Of a stretch of 64,000 nt of DNA, positions 23,051-36,779 are shown piece after piece. Both the position numbers and the translations under genes were made by a program. Each line of letters opens with the position of its first letter. The stretch's first letter is position 1. The stretch is from positions 21,984,558 through 22,048,557 of the forward strand of contig NC_068986.1 of the NCBI RefSeq assembly GCF_001194135.2, given 5' to 3'. Source of the DNA: Octopus bimaculoides. Its lineage: Eukaryota. The notes beneath the pieces were generated by a model. The model worked only from the letters and a program-made list of their open reading frames with translations. It was not told the origin of the DNA and did not search any database.

Positions 23051-25567
23051 GGTGATGATAAATAGTAATGGATTCTGTTTTCATCAGTTTACAGCAGCAG
23101 TATGATACAGTAGATTGAATTGTGATGGAGGGATGTGTTACAGCGAGATGGGTAAGTCATATTGGGAAAATGCTCAGTCATGTACATACATATGTACATG
23201 ACAAAAAAGCACATATTACCTACAGCAGACCCAAAAGTGCCACCCCTTTAAAAGTGTTGCTTGGGGAGCACAACCCCTATCGCCACCTCCTAGTTACGCT
23301 AGTGTGTAGATGATGTAGCAGATTTATCAATATAACATTATACTGAAAGTATTCCAACCAACCCCTTCTTCCCCAAAAGCATGGGTACCACATTCATTAT
23401 TTTATAACACAAGAAATTGGGTTGGGGTAGCATTGTACTCAAGTACAAAAAAAAAAGACAGAAATATAATAATAAACATAAAATGTGGCATTGGCACTCC
23501 ATTGGTTATGGTGACGAAATTCCAGTTGATCCAATCAATGAATCAATTTGCTCATGAAATTAACATGCAAGTGGCTGAGCACTCCACAGGCATGCATACC
23601 ATTAATGTAGTTCTCAGGAAGATTCAGCATGACACAGAATGTGACAAGGCTGAGCCTTTGAATTACAAGCATAACTCAATTTTGCTGGCTGAGTGAACTG
23701 GAGCAACATGAAATAAAGTGTCTTGCTCAAGAACACAATGTGCTGCCTGGAATTGAACTCATGATCCTACAATCATTGAAGACCCTAACCACTAAGTCAC
23801 GTGCCTTCAACATAAAATATATTACTGATTTTTAGGTACAAAAAAGGTCCCTTTATATTTCTTGAAAGCAGTGTATTCAAGGAAATACTGTATATATTTG
23901 TCTTTTAAGTGTTACCAAGAACTGTGATAACAGACATATAAAGATGCCAATTAAAATGAAACCGACAATGTAAAAATAACTTGGTTATCCTGAATCACTG
24001 AAATGGATACATAAATTGTTTAAAAACGAAATGAATACTATTGATAAAGTTATCTTTGGTTACAGATTTTGGCACAAGTTCAAAGGTGAGAGTAAGTTGA
24101 TTACATCACTCCGCACCCACTCAATATTCAACTGGTACTTATTTCATCAACCCTGAAAGGATGAAAGGCAAAGTCAACCCCAGTGGAATTTGAACACAGA
24201 ACGTAAAGACAGATGAAAGGCTACAAAGCATTTTTCCTGCCATGCTGTCTGTTCTGCCAGATCACTGCCCTTAACGCAAGGTTATTATTATAGATTACTA
24301 TAAGGTGGTAAATTGGCAAAATCATTGGCATGCTAGACAAAATGCCTTATGGCATTTCATCTCTGTCTTTATGTTCTGAGTTCAAATTACATGGAGGTTA
24401 AATTTGCTTTTCATCCTCTCAGGGTCGATAAAATAAGTACCAGAGATGTACCAGAGTTGACATAATCAACTTCAAAAACTCCCCTCAAAAACTGCTGGTC
24501 CAGTACCAAAATCTGAAAGCGGTGGCTCAGTGGTTAAAGCGTCAGGTTCACAATCATGAGGAAGTTAGTTTGATCCCCTGACCCGGATGTGGGTTGTGTT
24601 CTTCACCAAGACACTTTATTTCACGTTGCTCCAGTTCACTCAGCTGCAGAAATATGTTGTGATGCCACTGGTGTCAAGGTGTATTGGTATTTGCCTTTCT
24701 TTTGGATAACATCAGTGGGGTGGAGAGGGGAGGCTGGTATGCATGTGTGACTGCTGGTCTTCCATAAACAACCTTGACCAGACTTGTGCCTCAGAGGATA
24801 ACTTTATGACCGAAGGGGGTCCTTTATTATAGATCATTACTTTTATTTCTCAGCACCATCTTTAGTAAACTTATTAAGGTAGCATTACTGAAAAAGAAGG
24901 CATTTCTTAGAAAAAAAAAAAGAAAAGAAAGATCTGATGTATATATCAAACTTGTTACAAATTGACGACGCGATTTGAAAAGCAAACAAAAATTTTATTT
25001 GAAAGATTTTGGAATTGAAATTTATGAATGAAGATGTATGTCCTTTTCAACAAGTGGTTTATCATCTTCATCTTCATCTTCACCCTCCTCCTCCTCATCG
25101 TCATTTACTGTCTGTTTTCCCTTGCCATGGTTTAGACCAGGGGTCGCCAAACATTTTCTACCATCAATTCCCTTTACCCACTTCTCCTTCTACATCGACC
25201 ATCCTCCTCATGGAGAAATGTACAATGTTAACATTGTTTACCTGAATGGTTGAAATGAGTAAATAATAGTTAAAGCAGGTTATTGATTTACATAAAGTTA
25301 CATTTCTGTTGTGGAATTGACTTGCACAATGAACAGAGCTTACTTCTCTTGTGGCTGTTTTCCAAGGTGCAGCATTCAGAAACTCCAATGGCTGTTTCCT
25401 TGGGCTTAGAGATAGTGGCTAATATATTTCTTATATTTTTATTGTGTCTAAAGGCTACAACAGGTACATGTGGGAATATTTGTTTGAAATGAGATATTTT
25501 TCTGCAATATGCTGGTAACTTTTATGCAGCACTTTTGAAATGCCAGCAAAATTTTGGTGCCAATTAA

Positions 25568-25787
25568 CCCATTAAATCCCACTGTCCTATAAATAAGACA
25601 CTAAATGAGAACATTAAGCTATATCACATTGTCTCAGTGTCTTATTTATAGGACACCAAGTATTTCCATTTTTACTTGAAGCAAAGGAGTTTTAATAATT
25701 TTTTTTTTTCATTTTAACCTATTTTCAATCATCTGTAAAAATTTAAAAGTAATATTCAAAAATTTAAGTACTCTGGGACTTAATGGG
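25568..25787. mobile_element. piggyBac-type MITE (220 bp)
   Basis: TTAA|CCCATTAAATCCCA ... TGGGACTTAATGGG|TTAA (13/14); internal perfect 20-bp inverted repeat. Confidence 0.85.
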
Positions 25788-26920
25788 TTAATCACTAAAG
25801 AAATTCTATTGCAAATTTTACTCAGGTTGCTAAAATTATTCATGGAAGTTTGACTTTAAGGCTGTACCCTGTGAAATTTATAGTTTAGCATCTGAGCAAA
25901 GATTAGGTTCTCCAGGCACAATGACAGTAAACAAACTGTCTTCATAGAAATTTTATCTAATTATTCAATGTTCAGTCAATCCAATTGTAACTGTGCAAGC
26001 CATAAGTAGAACAAGTTGTAAGCAATTGATGTTTATTGTTTTCTCACCTTGTTGTTCTGCATTCAAATTTTTGAGATTAGACATATTTCCAAACACATGA
26101 ACTCATAGACACACATGCACATGCACACACACACACACATTTAAATTTTCATAGAACCTTTTATCTTCCCTCTGGTACCTTAAGAAAAAGAAGAAAAAAA
26201 GGGAAAAAACAATAAAAGAGAAAAAGAGAAAAAAACAAACCAAAAATGCTCTCAGTGATGACCACACCCCATTCCAGGAAAGATCATCATCCTTGAACTC
26301 ATTTCCATAGAATCCTAAAGGACTAAATAAATAAATAAATAAATGAATGGAAATCAAAACTGAAGTAGGGGTCCTCCCCTCCCCTCTCTCTTTATCTATC
26401 TCTCTCCATTGTCCTGGAACCTCACCCCAAAAAAGAAAAAAAACAAAAATAATGTTCTCTTCTAAACAAAACAAAAGAACATCTGTTTTATGTAAATAAA
26501 CAATCTGTTTGTACATTCACAAAAAATTTTATTTGACAAGTTTGAAAAACAATAATACACCCAATAATAGTGGCCAAAATTCTGGTGGCCTCTTTTTTCA
26601 ATACATATCTATATATATATATGTATTTGCCATGATAGATCCATAGACATTACACATTCTTTTTTTTCTCTCCTTGTTTCTTTCTGTGTTCCTTTTGTGG
26701 AAGAGCATAGGCTCGAAACATTAAAGACTTTTCACTTCCTGAGGGTTATACTAATACATCTGTTTACACCACCTATATATGTAAAGAATCATATGTTATA
26801 CATGTATGTATATTTTTATAATTTAAAAAAAAAATAAATAGACATAATATAATGTCTAAAAGTTGATGAATACCATCTCTTGAGTCCCTCCATTTTCTTA
26901 TTGCTGTATATATATATATA

Positions 26921-27330
26921 TGGCTGCCAAGCAAAACTGAAGGAGGGAATAATATACCCAATCCATAAAGGAGGAAGCAGAGCAGATGCCAAAAATTATA
27001 AGCCTATCTTTCTGACATCAGCAAAGTTATGAAATGGATAGTCAGAAGGAAACTAATTGCATTCCTTGAAGAAAACAACTTGCTGAGTGATACCCAGCAT
27101 GGCTTTCAACCAGGTAGGAGCTGCCTGACCCAGCTCTTACAGCACTATGACTGGGTGTTGAAGCAGTTTTTCAACAACTCAAATGTGGACATAATATACC
27201 TTGACTTTGCAAAAGCTTTTGATAAAGTGGACCATGGTATGATATACCACAAACTGCGTGATCTTGGCATAGCTGGAAAACTTGGAGAGTGGTTACACGA
27301 CTTTCTGAAAGATAGAAGTCAGGCACTAGT
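26921..27330 (+). mobile_element. CR1/Jockey-group LINE reverse transcriptase fragment
   Basis: IYPIHKGGSRADAKNYKPI then, after a frameshift, QHGFQPGRSCLTQLL...IYLDFAKAFDKVDHG...WLHDFLKDRSQ. Confidence 0.9.
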
Positions 27331-28149
27331 GGTACATTTGTTGGTGACCTTTGGTTGTTTACCAAACTATCAATTCAATTACACTTTCTATGGTGGCTTG
27401 ATCTGATCAATATAGCAGTAAAATTACCCTTAACTCATATTCTGCTGTCTTTAAATAGTGGAGACATAAGATAATGTAATCCTAGATATCCCTAAAATGA
27501 TGAGATGTTCATAGTCGGAAAGCCTTTAATCAGAGTTGAACCTGAGTTGACTTGATACTAAAACCATTGCCAACATAGCTGTTGCCACTGACGATGGCGA
27601 CAACAACTTCTTTCTATAAACACTTACCAACTGATTGACAGATATGACATCAATGTAAGACTTAGCATCCTAGCAACCATCCCTAAAGGTCTATAAAAGT
27701 CCTACCTTTGTCATAAACTGTCCTCATATCCTTATTGGTCTCTCTCTCTCTCTTCTGGTGCCTCTGCTAGTTCTTATTCTCTTTCTCTCACTCTCTCTTC
27801 GACCTGAAGTAAACATTCATACTTTCCATTGTCATTGAGGGCAAGTGCACCTAAAATCATTTCAGACATATTTCTCCCAATGATATTAAAGTTTATTCTG
27901 ATATACTATCTCACAATTCTAAATACTTCACACTTTTTAACCTCATTATGTGGAATATTAGCAAACCACTCATGCTTTCTCCACCCCACCCCCCTTTTTT
28001 TCAAGTTAGGTACACATAACATCAAACATTCTATTTTGGCTTAAATGAATAATTCTTTGATAACAAGAAACTCCTACCTTTTAAACTTGCTGTATGTCTC
28101 TTATAGGTAAAACTATTTTGCATTAACCAACTACCTGTAAATTTTAAAT

Positions 28150-28945
28150 CCCGGTCTCTGTCACTACATGCACAATCAGCTCCAGATACCCAAGTATATC
28201 TTCAGTGACAAAACTAGTTGTTATGAGGTTCATAAAGCAGGATACTCTGGGAGGGCTGTAATAGCTAAACCACTCTAGTTTCCCATCAACACTAATTAGT
28301 AGAAAAACATGGCACCTGGATAATCAGAATTGATCACTGGCTCGAAGAGACTGTGTCATCTCTGGTGAATCATCCTTCACCTTTTTTCCTATTTTGGGGT
28401 GAGTTTCTGTCTGGAGAAGGCCCAAAGAAGCCTTTACCTTTGATTGTTCGGTCCATGAAGCATGAATGTGGCTCTGTGATGATTTAGACAGTTTATCAAA
28501 GAATTCTCTTGGTCCTTTGGTTCAACACAGCAGAGTTAAATGTCAGGATTATCTTAGTATTTTGTCTAATTATGTCTCTCCTATGGTGCAAATATTGTTC
28601 CCTGATAGCAGCACAATATCTCGGGATGATAATGCACCAAAAGTGAAGCAAGACCACTTGCATTGGTCCCCACAGTCACTGGATCTCAATATAATTTGAC
28701 ATATATGGGACTTTTTGGAACAGTAGGCAAGGAGCCACTTGCCTCCATCATCATTGCTGAAAGAGCTAAAGCAGGTTTGACTTAAAGAATGACTTAAAAT
28801 TCTCCTAACAACCATTCAGAACCTGTACAAGTCAATTCCTCAACGTATTAAAGCAGCAATTGATGCCAAATATGGACCAACTAAATATCAAATAATAAAA
28901 CTTCCATTTAACTAGATGTTTCCATTGTTTTGTCCAACCCTTACA
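28150..28945 (+). mobile_element. Decayed Tc1 transposon (DD34E type), 3' portion with TIR-like end
   Basis: HKAGYSGRAVIAKPL, GESSFT, VWRRPKEAF, RDDNAP, WSPQSLDLNII*HIWD, SIPQRIKAAIDAKYGPTKY; ends GTTTCCATTGTTTTGTCCAACCC. Confidence 0.85.
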
Positions 28946-31187
28946 TACAGCACAAGCATGGCTATGTGGTTCAGAAGTTCACTTCCCAATCATGAAGTTT
29001 CAGGTTCAGTCCCACTATGTGACACCTTGGGGAAAGTGTCTTCTACTATTGCCTTGGGTTGGCCAAAGTCATGTGAGTTAATTTGGTAGAAGGAAACTAA
29101 GAAATGTGTGTGTGTGTTCATGTGAGTGAATTTATATTTTCCCTCATCTTCACATGTATTTGCTGGTTGTAAACAATGGCCTCAATGTTCATACAGACAC
29201 TGCCATCTGTTTGCAGTCCACTGCAAAAACCTGTCCAGGTTTCTTGAAATGTCTTGATAGGTTGTGAGATATTTGTAAACAAACAACTCAGATGTTGTTG
29301 CTCAAATGGTGTCATTTCCAATTTTTCTGCATAACCATGACTAGGTTTTTTTTGCTGTTCAGCAAGGAGTCATCATCACGAAAAGCATTCAGCCATAAAA
29401 AAAACTGTCCCAGTGTAACCTCTACTGATTAATGAAGGAATGGAATAGTACAAATTAAAACAATGATGTGGTAGTCAAGGATATTTGCAAGTGTAGCATC
29501 AGCAGTACTGTCCAAGATTAGGGAGAGTTTCCTATTGTGGGCCCCATTGAACTATGTAGAGGCAGGCAGCAACTGTTCATCATTAACATTTAACATCTGT
29601 TTTCCATGCTAGCATGAGTTGGACAGTTTGAGAGTAACTGGTAACCCAGGGAGCTGCACCAGGCTCCATTCATCTGTTCTGGCTGGATGCCCTCCTAACG
29701 CCAACCACTTTACAGAGCGCTTATTATGTGGCCCTGGCACAGATACTTTTTATGTAGCACCAGCAACAAGAGCTTTTTACATAGTGCTGGCATGGACGCA
29801 TTTTTACATGATGTATTTTCTGAAGAAGGTTCATCCTTCGGACATACATTTTGACCTTGTGAATGTTGAGATATTCAATTAGTCAAAAGCAAAGAATCAT
29901 GGGTAAACAAAATAGGAAAACAGATCTCTTGTAGATATAGTTTTTCAAAAGCCATATAGAGGGTAATGTATATTGAGGAAAGAAAGAAATGCACGGTGTT
30001 GGTGATTATTAATTCTGAGGTTTTGCAACTGATATCAACGACCAGAGAGGTTTCCATTCTTAGGAATGAGACACATTGCAGTATGTTACCAAAACTCTGG
30101 AGAGATTCCAGAAGATGTTGGAAAGAATGGAGACAAGCTCTGGGTTACACTGTTTGAAAGTAATAGCAAGGCATGTGCTTCTATTGGTTTGAAGTAACTG
30201 CAGGTATTTTAGCACTTGGTGTGTGTGTGTGTGTAACTACTTTGTAAAGAAATTGAAAAAAAATTATTGGAAACCTGCGAATTAGCTATCTGCAAAGTTG
30301 GTGTGAATCATCAGAGTTCTGCTATATAAAAGACCTTGCTGTATTAACTTGCATCCTTTTATATTCTGAATTCAAATCTCATTGAAGTCAATCTCTTATT
30401 ATTCTGGTAACAATTAAACAAGCCCCATTTTCACATTGGGGTTTATATACTCAATGGACCTTCCTCAGTATTTCTGGATCTATTACTCTGTTAGAAATGA
30501 ATACATGTCGAATCAAGAGATGCTTTCAATTGAAAATGTGAGGGACTTATGACAGAAGTTGATCAAAGTAGACTTAGGAGGAAGTGTTTAAAACACACTT
30601 GAAAGTATGACACCTCTTGATACAGTATTGCAACATATAGAGTAAGGTTGTGTTCCAAATGGATATTTAAATTTACTTCAGTGCTTTTGATTTAGGCTGT
30701 GTTGTGCAATAAATAAATATGATCGGTCAAAAGCACCAATATTCTAATTAAGCTGCCTGCTAATATATGAGCCTGATTCATGATGACTTTATAAGCAACT
30801 GATCTATGCTGGTATGTCTTCTCTGAGGAGTGATCAAGTAACTGTGAGACTGTCTGTCAGGAAACTCCCTCCTTTGTTTTTTTCCACACATCATTAAGAT
30901 AGAGAGAATGTGTTTATATTCTCATGTAATCCACAATGGGGCTTTATAGTGTTTAAATTTACTTCAGTTCTTCTGACTTATGTAATATTGTGAATATATA
31001 TTATCTAAGATAACATGCAGGCATGGCTAAACGATTAGGATGTTTGTGCCTGTACCACATGGCTTCAAGTTTAGGCTCACTGCATGACACCTTGGGAAAA
31101 TTTCTTCTATAGTCCCAGGACAACTAAAGCCTTTTGAGTGGATCTGGTAGATGGACACTGAAAGAAGCCTATTACATGTGTGTGTTG

Positions 31188-31240
<53 letters not shown>

Positions 31241-32017
31241 GAGTGGGTGTTTGCATCTCGTCGTCTTGATATGGTGTGGTGGTTCTTAACAAACATCCCT
31301 ATTGTTCCACGTGGTATCCATTTCTAATCTTCCTTGAAAATATGGCCAGTTATGGTGAAATATTAACAAGCTTGGAGACAGATGAGTGTTGGTAACAGGC
31401 GGTCGTTAATCTTCATCTATTGAGGCAGATTCCTTATGGACATCTAGCCCTAGAAAATTTGCCTGAATGAATTCCATCTGACCCATGCAAGCTTAAATAA
31501 ATGGACAATGAAACAATAATGACAATGATGGTAAATTAAAATATTGAATATTACACTCTCACATTCACACAAATATAAGTCAACAGAGAAGGAATGGTGT
31601 CTCATAAGTTTTATTCCAGATGTTCCTGTTCAACAGAAACTGACATTTGGAAAAACATTCTACAAGGCAACAAAACTAGGCTGTAGCACAGACTTTGGTA
31701 TAGGAACCCTGCCAATGCACATACAAAGACATTTAAACTATTGCTACAAATAGCAAGGGGTGGGGAAAAAAAAGGTGCAAAACGTTTGATTCAGCCAAAG
31801 CCGTTTTGACGACTTATTTTGTACTTAACCAAACAACGAAGAAAATATATTAGCATTTTGTCATGGATTTTTACAATACCAAAATGTAATAAGGTTGCTA
31901 TTGAATACAATAAGACAAATAGCTCTTTTAAAAAATATGCAATGATTTTTTTTTGGTGTCTTTTTTTGTTTTTACTTCTTAAGTTTTTTTCAGTTTGTTT
32001 TCCATCCCTCCACCCAC

Positions 32018-32083
<66 letters not shown>

Positions 32084-32469
32084 CACATAAAAACACACAT
32101 ACACACATACATATGCACATGCACACATTTTTTCTTTTAAGAAATTCTTGTAAATATCATCCCTAGACTTTTAACAGTTAATGTGCATGGGTTACACTGA
32201 CAAGAATCATTCAATATAATTAACAACCGTACAAAGTTAAAAGCATCTTGTCATAAACCACATCAAAAGTTCTCTTACAGAATTGACACACAAATCCACC
32301 AATAAAAAGAAATGTTTAGATAAGTCTCCTTTTTTTTAAAATTTTTTTTCCAGAGAAATGTTTTTCTTTTCTTTTAAAGTTAAATAATTCAAAAAGATAC
32401 TGTGAAATCTGGGAGGTGGAATTTACAAGTTATATGATTTTAAAATGCCCTCAACTGAATAAAAGTGTG

Positions 32470-32816
32470 ATTCTGTAGATATCATATATACTCAAACACA
32501 CACAAATATACATACAAATGTGAGTATATTTTTAAATGTGAAATATATATACATACATATACACACACATATCTATGAGTATGTGCATGTATAACTATGC
32601 ACAAATATGTGTGTGTTTATATATATATATGTGTATATGTATATGTGTGTATATACATATACATGTGTGTGTGTGTGTGTGTATATATGCACATGTGTTT
32701 ATACATATGTGTGTGTATATACATATGTATACACATATGCATGCATGTGTGTATACATATATATACATGTGTGTGTATGTAGATATATATGTGTGTGTGT
32801 GTGTGTATATACATAC

Positions 32817-32860
<44 letters not shown>
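32470..32860. repeat. Compound (TA)/(TG)/(CA) microsatellite (one of many: 2275-2338, 7610-7685, 19050-19200, 19500-19920, 36700-36760, 37740-37805, 47870-47960)
   Basis: Direct inspection. Confidence 0.95.
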
Positions 32861-32864
<4 letters not shown>

Positions 32865-32983
32865 GTCCACAAAGTCTGGGTACATGAGGATTAACACATA
32901 CTTTAAGAAATTATTATTTCTTATATTTAATTGTTTATGTTATGATTTTATTTACTCCATGTACCCAGACCTTGTGGACTCTG
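32859..32983. mobile_element. 125-bp Tc1/mariner-type MITE in a (TA)n tract
   Basis: GTCCACAAAGTCTGGGTACATG versus CATGTACCCAGACCTTGTGGAC (21/22); TA flanks. Confidence 0.8.
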
Positions 32984-34042
32984 TATATATAGTCAATAAG
33001 GAACATAGGTTTATAAAAAAAAAATGTGGAGCGAAATTTTACAAGTCACTATATCAAAATTTCCTCCTGTTATCTTGATAAGCTGGCCAGCAAAAGTCCA
33101 ATGGTATATATATAAGTCAGACAGTTTTGGTTACAACATTTGTTCTGGGCAGCATTTTGGTAAGCATTGGTAGCTGCAATATATGATATGGCTGCATGAA
33201 GGTCTAAAAGTTGGCCATGCCCTGGTAACATTAGATAGCAAACTTATCTTTAAATAAAGCTTTTTTTTTTATGTACTACTGGGTAACTTAATTCCAGAAT
33301 TTTGAAAATAAAAAAAAATAAAAAAAGTTAATATGGGAGAAAATAAGTAAATGAAGTTTAAAAATTAAACTGTAATGCATGATAAAAATAAATAAGAAAT
33401 AATATTAAAATATAGGAAAAGAAAGTAAATAAGAATATGTTGAATATTTCCGACACCTAATTTCTTGTAGATATAATTAAAGTAATTAAACTTATCAATT
33501 AAGTGTTTTGGTGAAATAAAATGATTATAATAGTAGTGATGAAAATATCTAAAAGCATTTTCTTTTTCCAGAGAATTATTTCATATTGTAAAAAAAAAAA
33601 AATTTTTATGTTTTCAGACTTCATTTAAAGAAAGTGATTAAGAATATAGGTTTATAACTCCAACTTGCCAATAATTTTATAATTTTCCATGGGTGTTCAA
33701 TATTTTCATGGCAGTTTAGTATTATGAATAATTATTATTATTGTGACAAATATGCAAAAAAAAAAATAATAAACAGCTATAAAAGCGTTTGAAACAAAAA
33801 AAAAATTAGAAGCAATAAAAATATAAATAAAGTATATTTAAAAAGAAAATAAAGAAACAAAACAGAAGAGAGAGGGGGAGGAGGGGGGCAGGACAACCAA
33901 TGAGAACTTGCATGCTATTATTAGCTGCCATTGCCGATATTTTAATTGGACTCTCATTAAATGTACACATAACAATTTAATCAGACTTCAATATGTCAAC
34001 GAAACAATTTACGAAGTTGATGATAAAAGCGTAACTATTTAT

Positions 34043-35848
34043 TTAATACAGACTTTCAGCTTGTAGTTCAGGTGTTTCCCCAATATTTAAGTCTCTGAGA
34101 AATGAAAGAGAATCCAGATCAGTGTCTCCAAGAGTATTGTAACCTGCTGGAGTGTGAGGTGTGAGTGGTTCTATGAACTTTTGAGTTTCCTCCACTGTGC
34201 TCGGCTGTATAACTGCAGAGCGATCATACAGCCGAGTTCTCAGTGGCCACATCAAGCTGGGTGGAATCTGAGATTCTCCTCCTTGAACATGATGAATATT
34301 GTAACTACCACATACTTGGTTGGTTTTCATTTCTGAAACTGATGGTGGTGGTGGTGGTTGTCCAATTTTGTTAACATGCCTCTGTAATTCCAAATCTAGA
34401 GACATGTTGTTTGAGTAGTTGGATTGAGGTTGCATTGTCTGCCTGCTGAGGGTATTTAGATCCCGTTCAACTTCCTTCTCGGGACTTTCATCTAACATTT
34501 TTACAACATTTAACACTGTAGTTGGGGTTTCTAAATCGTCATTGAACTGATGACTAAACCCGGTGGAGAAACGTAATGGCTGGAAGTCTTTGAGACCATT
34601 GTGTTGGCCAATAGGGCTGGTGCCATTACTTTCTGCAAGTTTATGTAATGGTAAATCTAGCTTGGAAGTATTCATCTTTCTCAGATGATCATCAATAACT
34701 GGTTGGTGCAATAGGGTGATATTATCCAAGCTGTTGGGTACTTCAAAATTCCGAACTGAAGCTTGTTGGGATCTCATAGGGGAAGGCTTAATAATATGGT
34801 CATTGTCAACGATTTGCTCAGCAAATTCTCTAACAGGATAAAATGGTGAGCATGGTTCTCTTTCTTTAATTTTATCTACACCAATAATCTGACGTAATGT
34901 CAAAGATTTGCCTTGATTGGAAGCAGAATTGTCTTCATTCTGAAGAATATGCTTGTGCAAATCACCATTGAGAGATTTCTTGTTGTGGCCAATTTGTCCC
35001 CAGGAATGTTCAATTGGTGTTACTGATCTGCTGTTGGTTGGCATTTCTACATGATGATCGTCAGTGAGATCAGGTTTTAAGTGTAATGTAAAGTCATCGG
35101 TGATATTCGTAGATATCGGAGTGTTTGTACGAGAGCTTTCATTTGAACTTCCTATCTGTTGCCGAGACAATAAGTATGATGGTACATGCTTAACGTTTGG
35201 TAGAAGTTGGATCACTTGACCAGTAGCTGTGGAACTTGGAGACGATGAAGGTGGTAACAGAGGATCTTTCATACAGAAATGATTCCGATCTGTTCGATTG
35301 GTTGGATTGCAACGGTTATGAGAATATGTGCCGTTTCGTCCAGTGATAGGACGTGACACACCTAGATATTTTGATGGAGTCATAAAAGCAGGACTACCTA
35401 AATAGGGGCTGCTGGGAAACCTTGGAGGAACCATAATCATCCTATGGTCATCTGGAGGATAAAACTGCTGTAACGGTAGGCAGAGTGGTAGAAAGGAGTT
35501 TTGGTAAGGGTTGGGTGGCATGTACATAACTGGCTGACCTTTAGTGAGTTTAGCAGTTTTGGCTAATTGTTTGGAGGAATCTAAATTTTTCCCTTCAGAT
35601 GTTCCAACATCAGCAGGTAATGGTGGAGGAGCTGGAGTTGGGACAGGTTGGGTTACAGCAGGTGGCTTTACTTTAGGACGCTGCTGGCTATGGAGAGGAG
35701 ATGGAGTATGCTGCTGCCGAGAAGATAATGGCATTGGTGGAGTATTGCGTCCATTTAAAGACTGACCAGGTACATTTGGATAACCAGGATACATTGGATA
35801 CAAGCCATAGTAAGGTCCTGGATAAAATGGAGCATAAGGAGGATACAG
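34043..35848 (-). CDS. HELZ: HELZ terminal exon, 601-aa P/S/N-rich low-complexity tail plus stop
   Basis: tctttgcag|CTG, phase 0, open to TAA at 34043-34045; continues the YP-rich end of the previous exon. Confidence 0.88.
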   Translation of the reverse strand: MYPPYAPFYPGPYYGLYPMYPGYPNVPGQSLNGRNTPPMPLSSRQQHTPSPLHSQQRPKVKPPAVTQPVPTPAPPPLPADVGTSEGKNLDSSKQLAKTAKLTKGQPVMYMPPNPYQNSFLPLCLPLQQFYPPDDHRMIMVPPRFPSSPYLGSPAFMTPSKYLGVSRPITGRNGTYSHNRCNPTNRTDRNHFCMKDPLLPPSSSPSSTATGQVIQLLPNVKHVPSYLLSRQQIGSSNESSRTNTPISTNITDDFTLHLKPDLTDDHHVEMPTNSRSVTPIEHSWGQIGHNKKSLNGDLHKHILQNEDNSASNQGKSLTLRQIIGVDKIKEREPCSPFYPVREFAEQIVDNDHIIKPSPMRSQQASVRNFEVPNSLDNITLLHQPVIDDHLRKMNTSKLDLPLHKLAESNGTSPIGQHNGLKDFQPLRFSTGFSHQFNDDLETPTTVLNVVKMLDESPEKEVERDLNTLSRQTMQPQSNYSNNMSLDLELQRHVNKIGQPPPPPSVSEMKTNQVCGSYNIHHVQGGESQIPPSLMWPLRTRLYDRSAVIQPSTVEETQKFIEPLTPHTPAGYNTLGDTDLDSLSFLRDLNIGETPELQAESLY

Positions 35849-36712
35849 CTGCAAAGAAACAAAATGAAATATAAACAAAATGTCTCACTGAGGGAAATAT
35901 TGTAACTTCAGTTTTACTTGAATATATTTTTTATATAAGATTTGAAGTAATCACTTAATTTAGGTATAGGTATGGTTAAGTGGTTGAGAAACTTGCTTCC
36001 CAAACATGTGGTCTTGGGTTCAATCCTACTTCACAGTAGTTTATGTGTACACTTACCTTGCCATGTGGTGATTATAAATGTGCATTACCATCATAGAAGT
36101 GATGTTTGTTTCCAGTTTCCATGAAAAACATATTTGGCCATGGGGAAATATCTTGTTTGGAAACAGGTAACAGTTCGTGACAGGAAGGGCATCCAGCCAT
36201 AGTAAATTTGTATCACCAAATTCCATCTGATCCATGCAAGCATGGAAAAGTGGATGTTAAACAATGATGATAATTTAATTTGTAGTTATATTTCAGACTA
36301 TATTTTAATAGCTATTTAGTTTTTACATCTATCTTTTCTGCATTGGCATGGAATACTCCTCAAGATGGTATTCTAGAGGTGGATGATGATCTTGGTACCA
36401 ACCCTTACTGGTTTTCAAATAAAGTACTTTATCCCACTTTTTTGTCATGTTGAAGTGTCAAGCTACTAAACTTCTTATTTATCTGGGCAGGTGTCTTCTG
36501 CTATAGTCTTGGGTCAACCAAAGCCTTGTGATTGAATTTGGTAGGCAGAAGTTCCTGTTATGCATGTACATGTGTGTGTAAGTACTTGTGCTTCCTAAAA
36601 GAGCGGTGGGGGGAACAAAACATAAGTAATGTCATTGGTGCCCAAGTAGTGCCAAGATGCACTTAGACAAATCCATACATTCATACACATACACAAATGC
36701 ATATGTATGTGA

Positions 36713-36766
<54 letters not shown>

Positions 36767-36779
36767 TTTCCAGATGCCA

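Noticed and set aside
25020-25190. Acidic minus-strand ORF (DDEEEEGEDEDEDD)
   Set aside because: Explained by TCC/TCA microsatellite plus a hAT-like end (CCAGGGGTCGCCAAAC); poor splice signals.
26103-26516. 137-aa ORF with an apparent transmembrane stretch
   Set aside because: The hydrophobicity comes from T-rich low-complexity DNA and CA repeats; no recognisable homology.
27580-27825. Solo LTR (TATAAAA, AGTAAA, TG...CA candidates)
   Set aside because: No convincing TSD or terminal inverted dinucleotide context.
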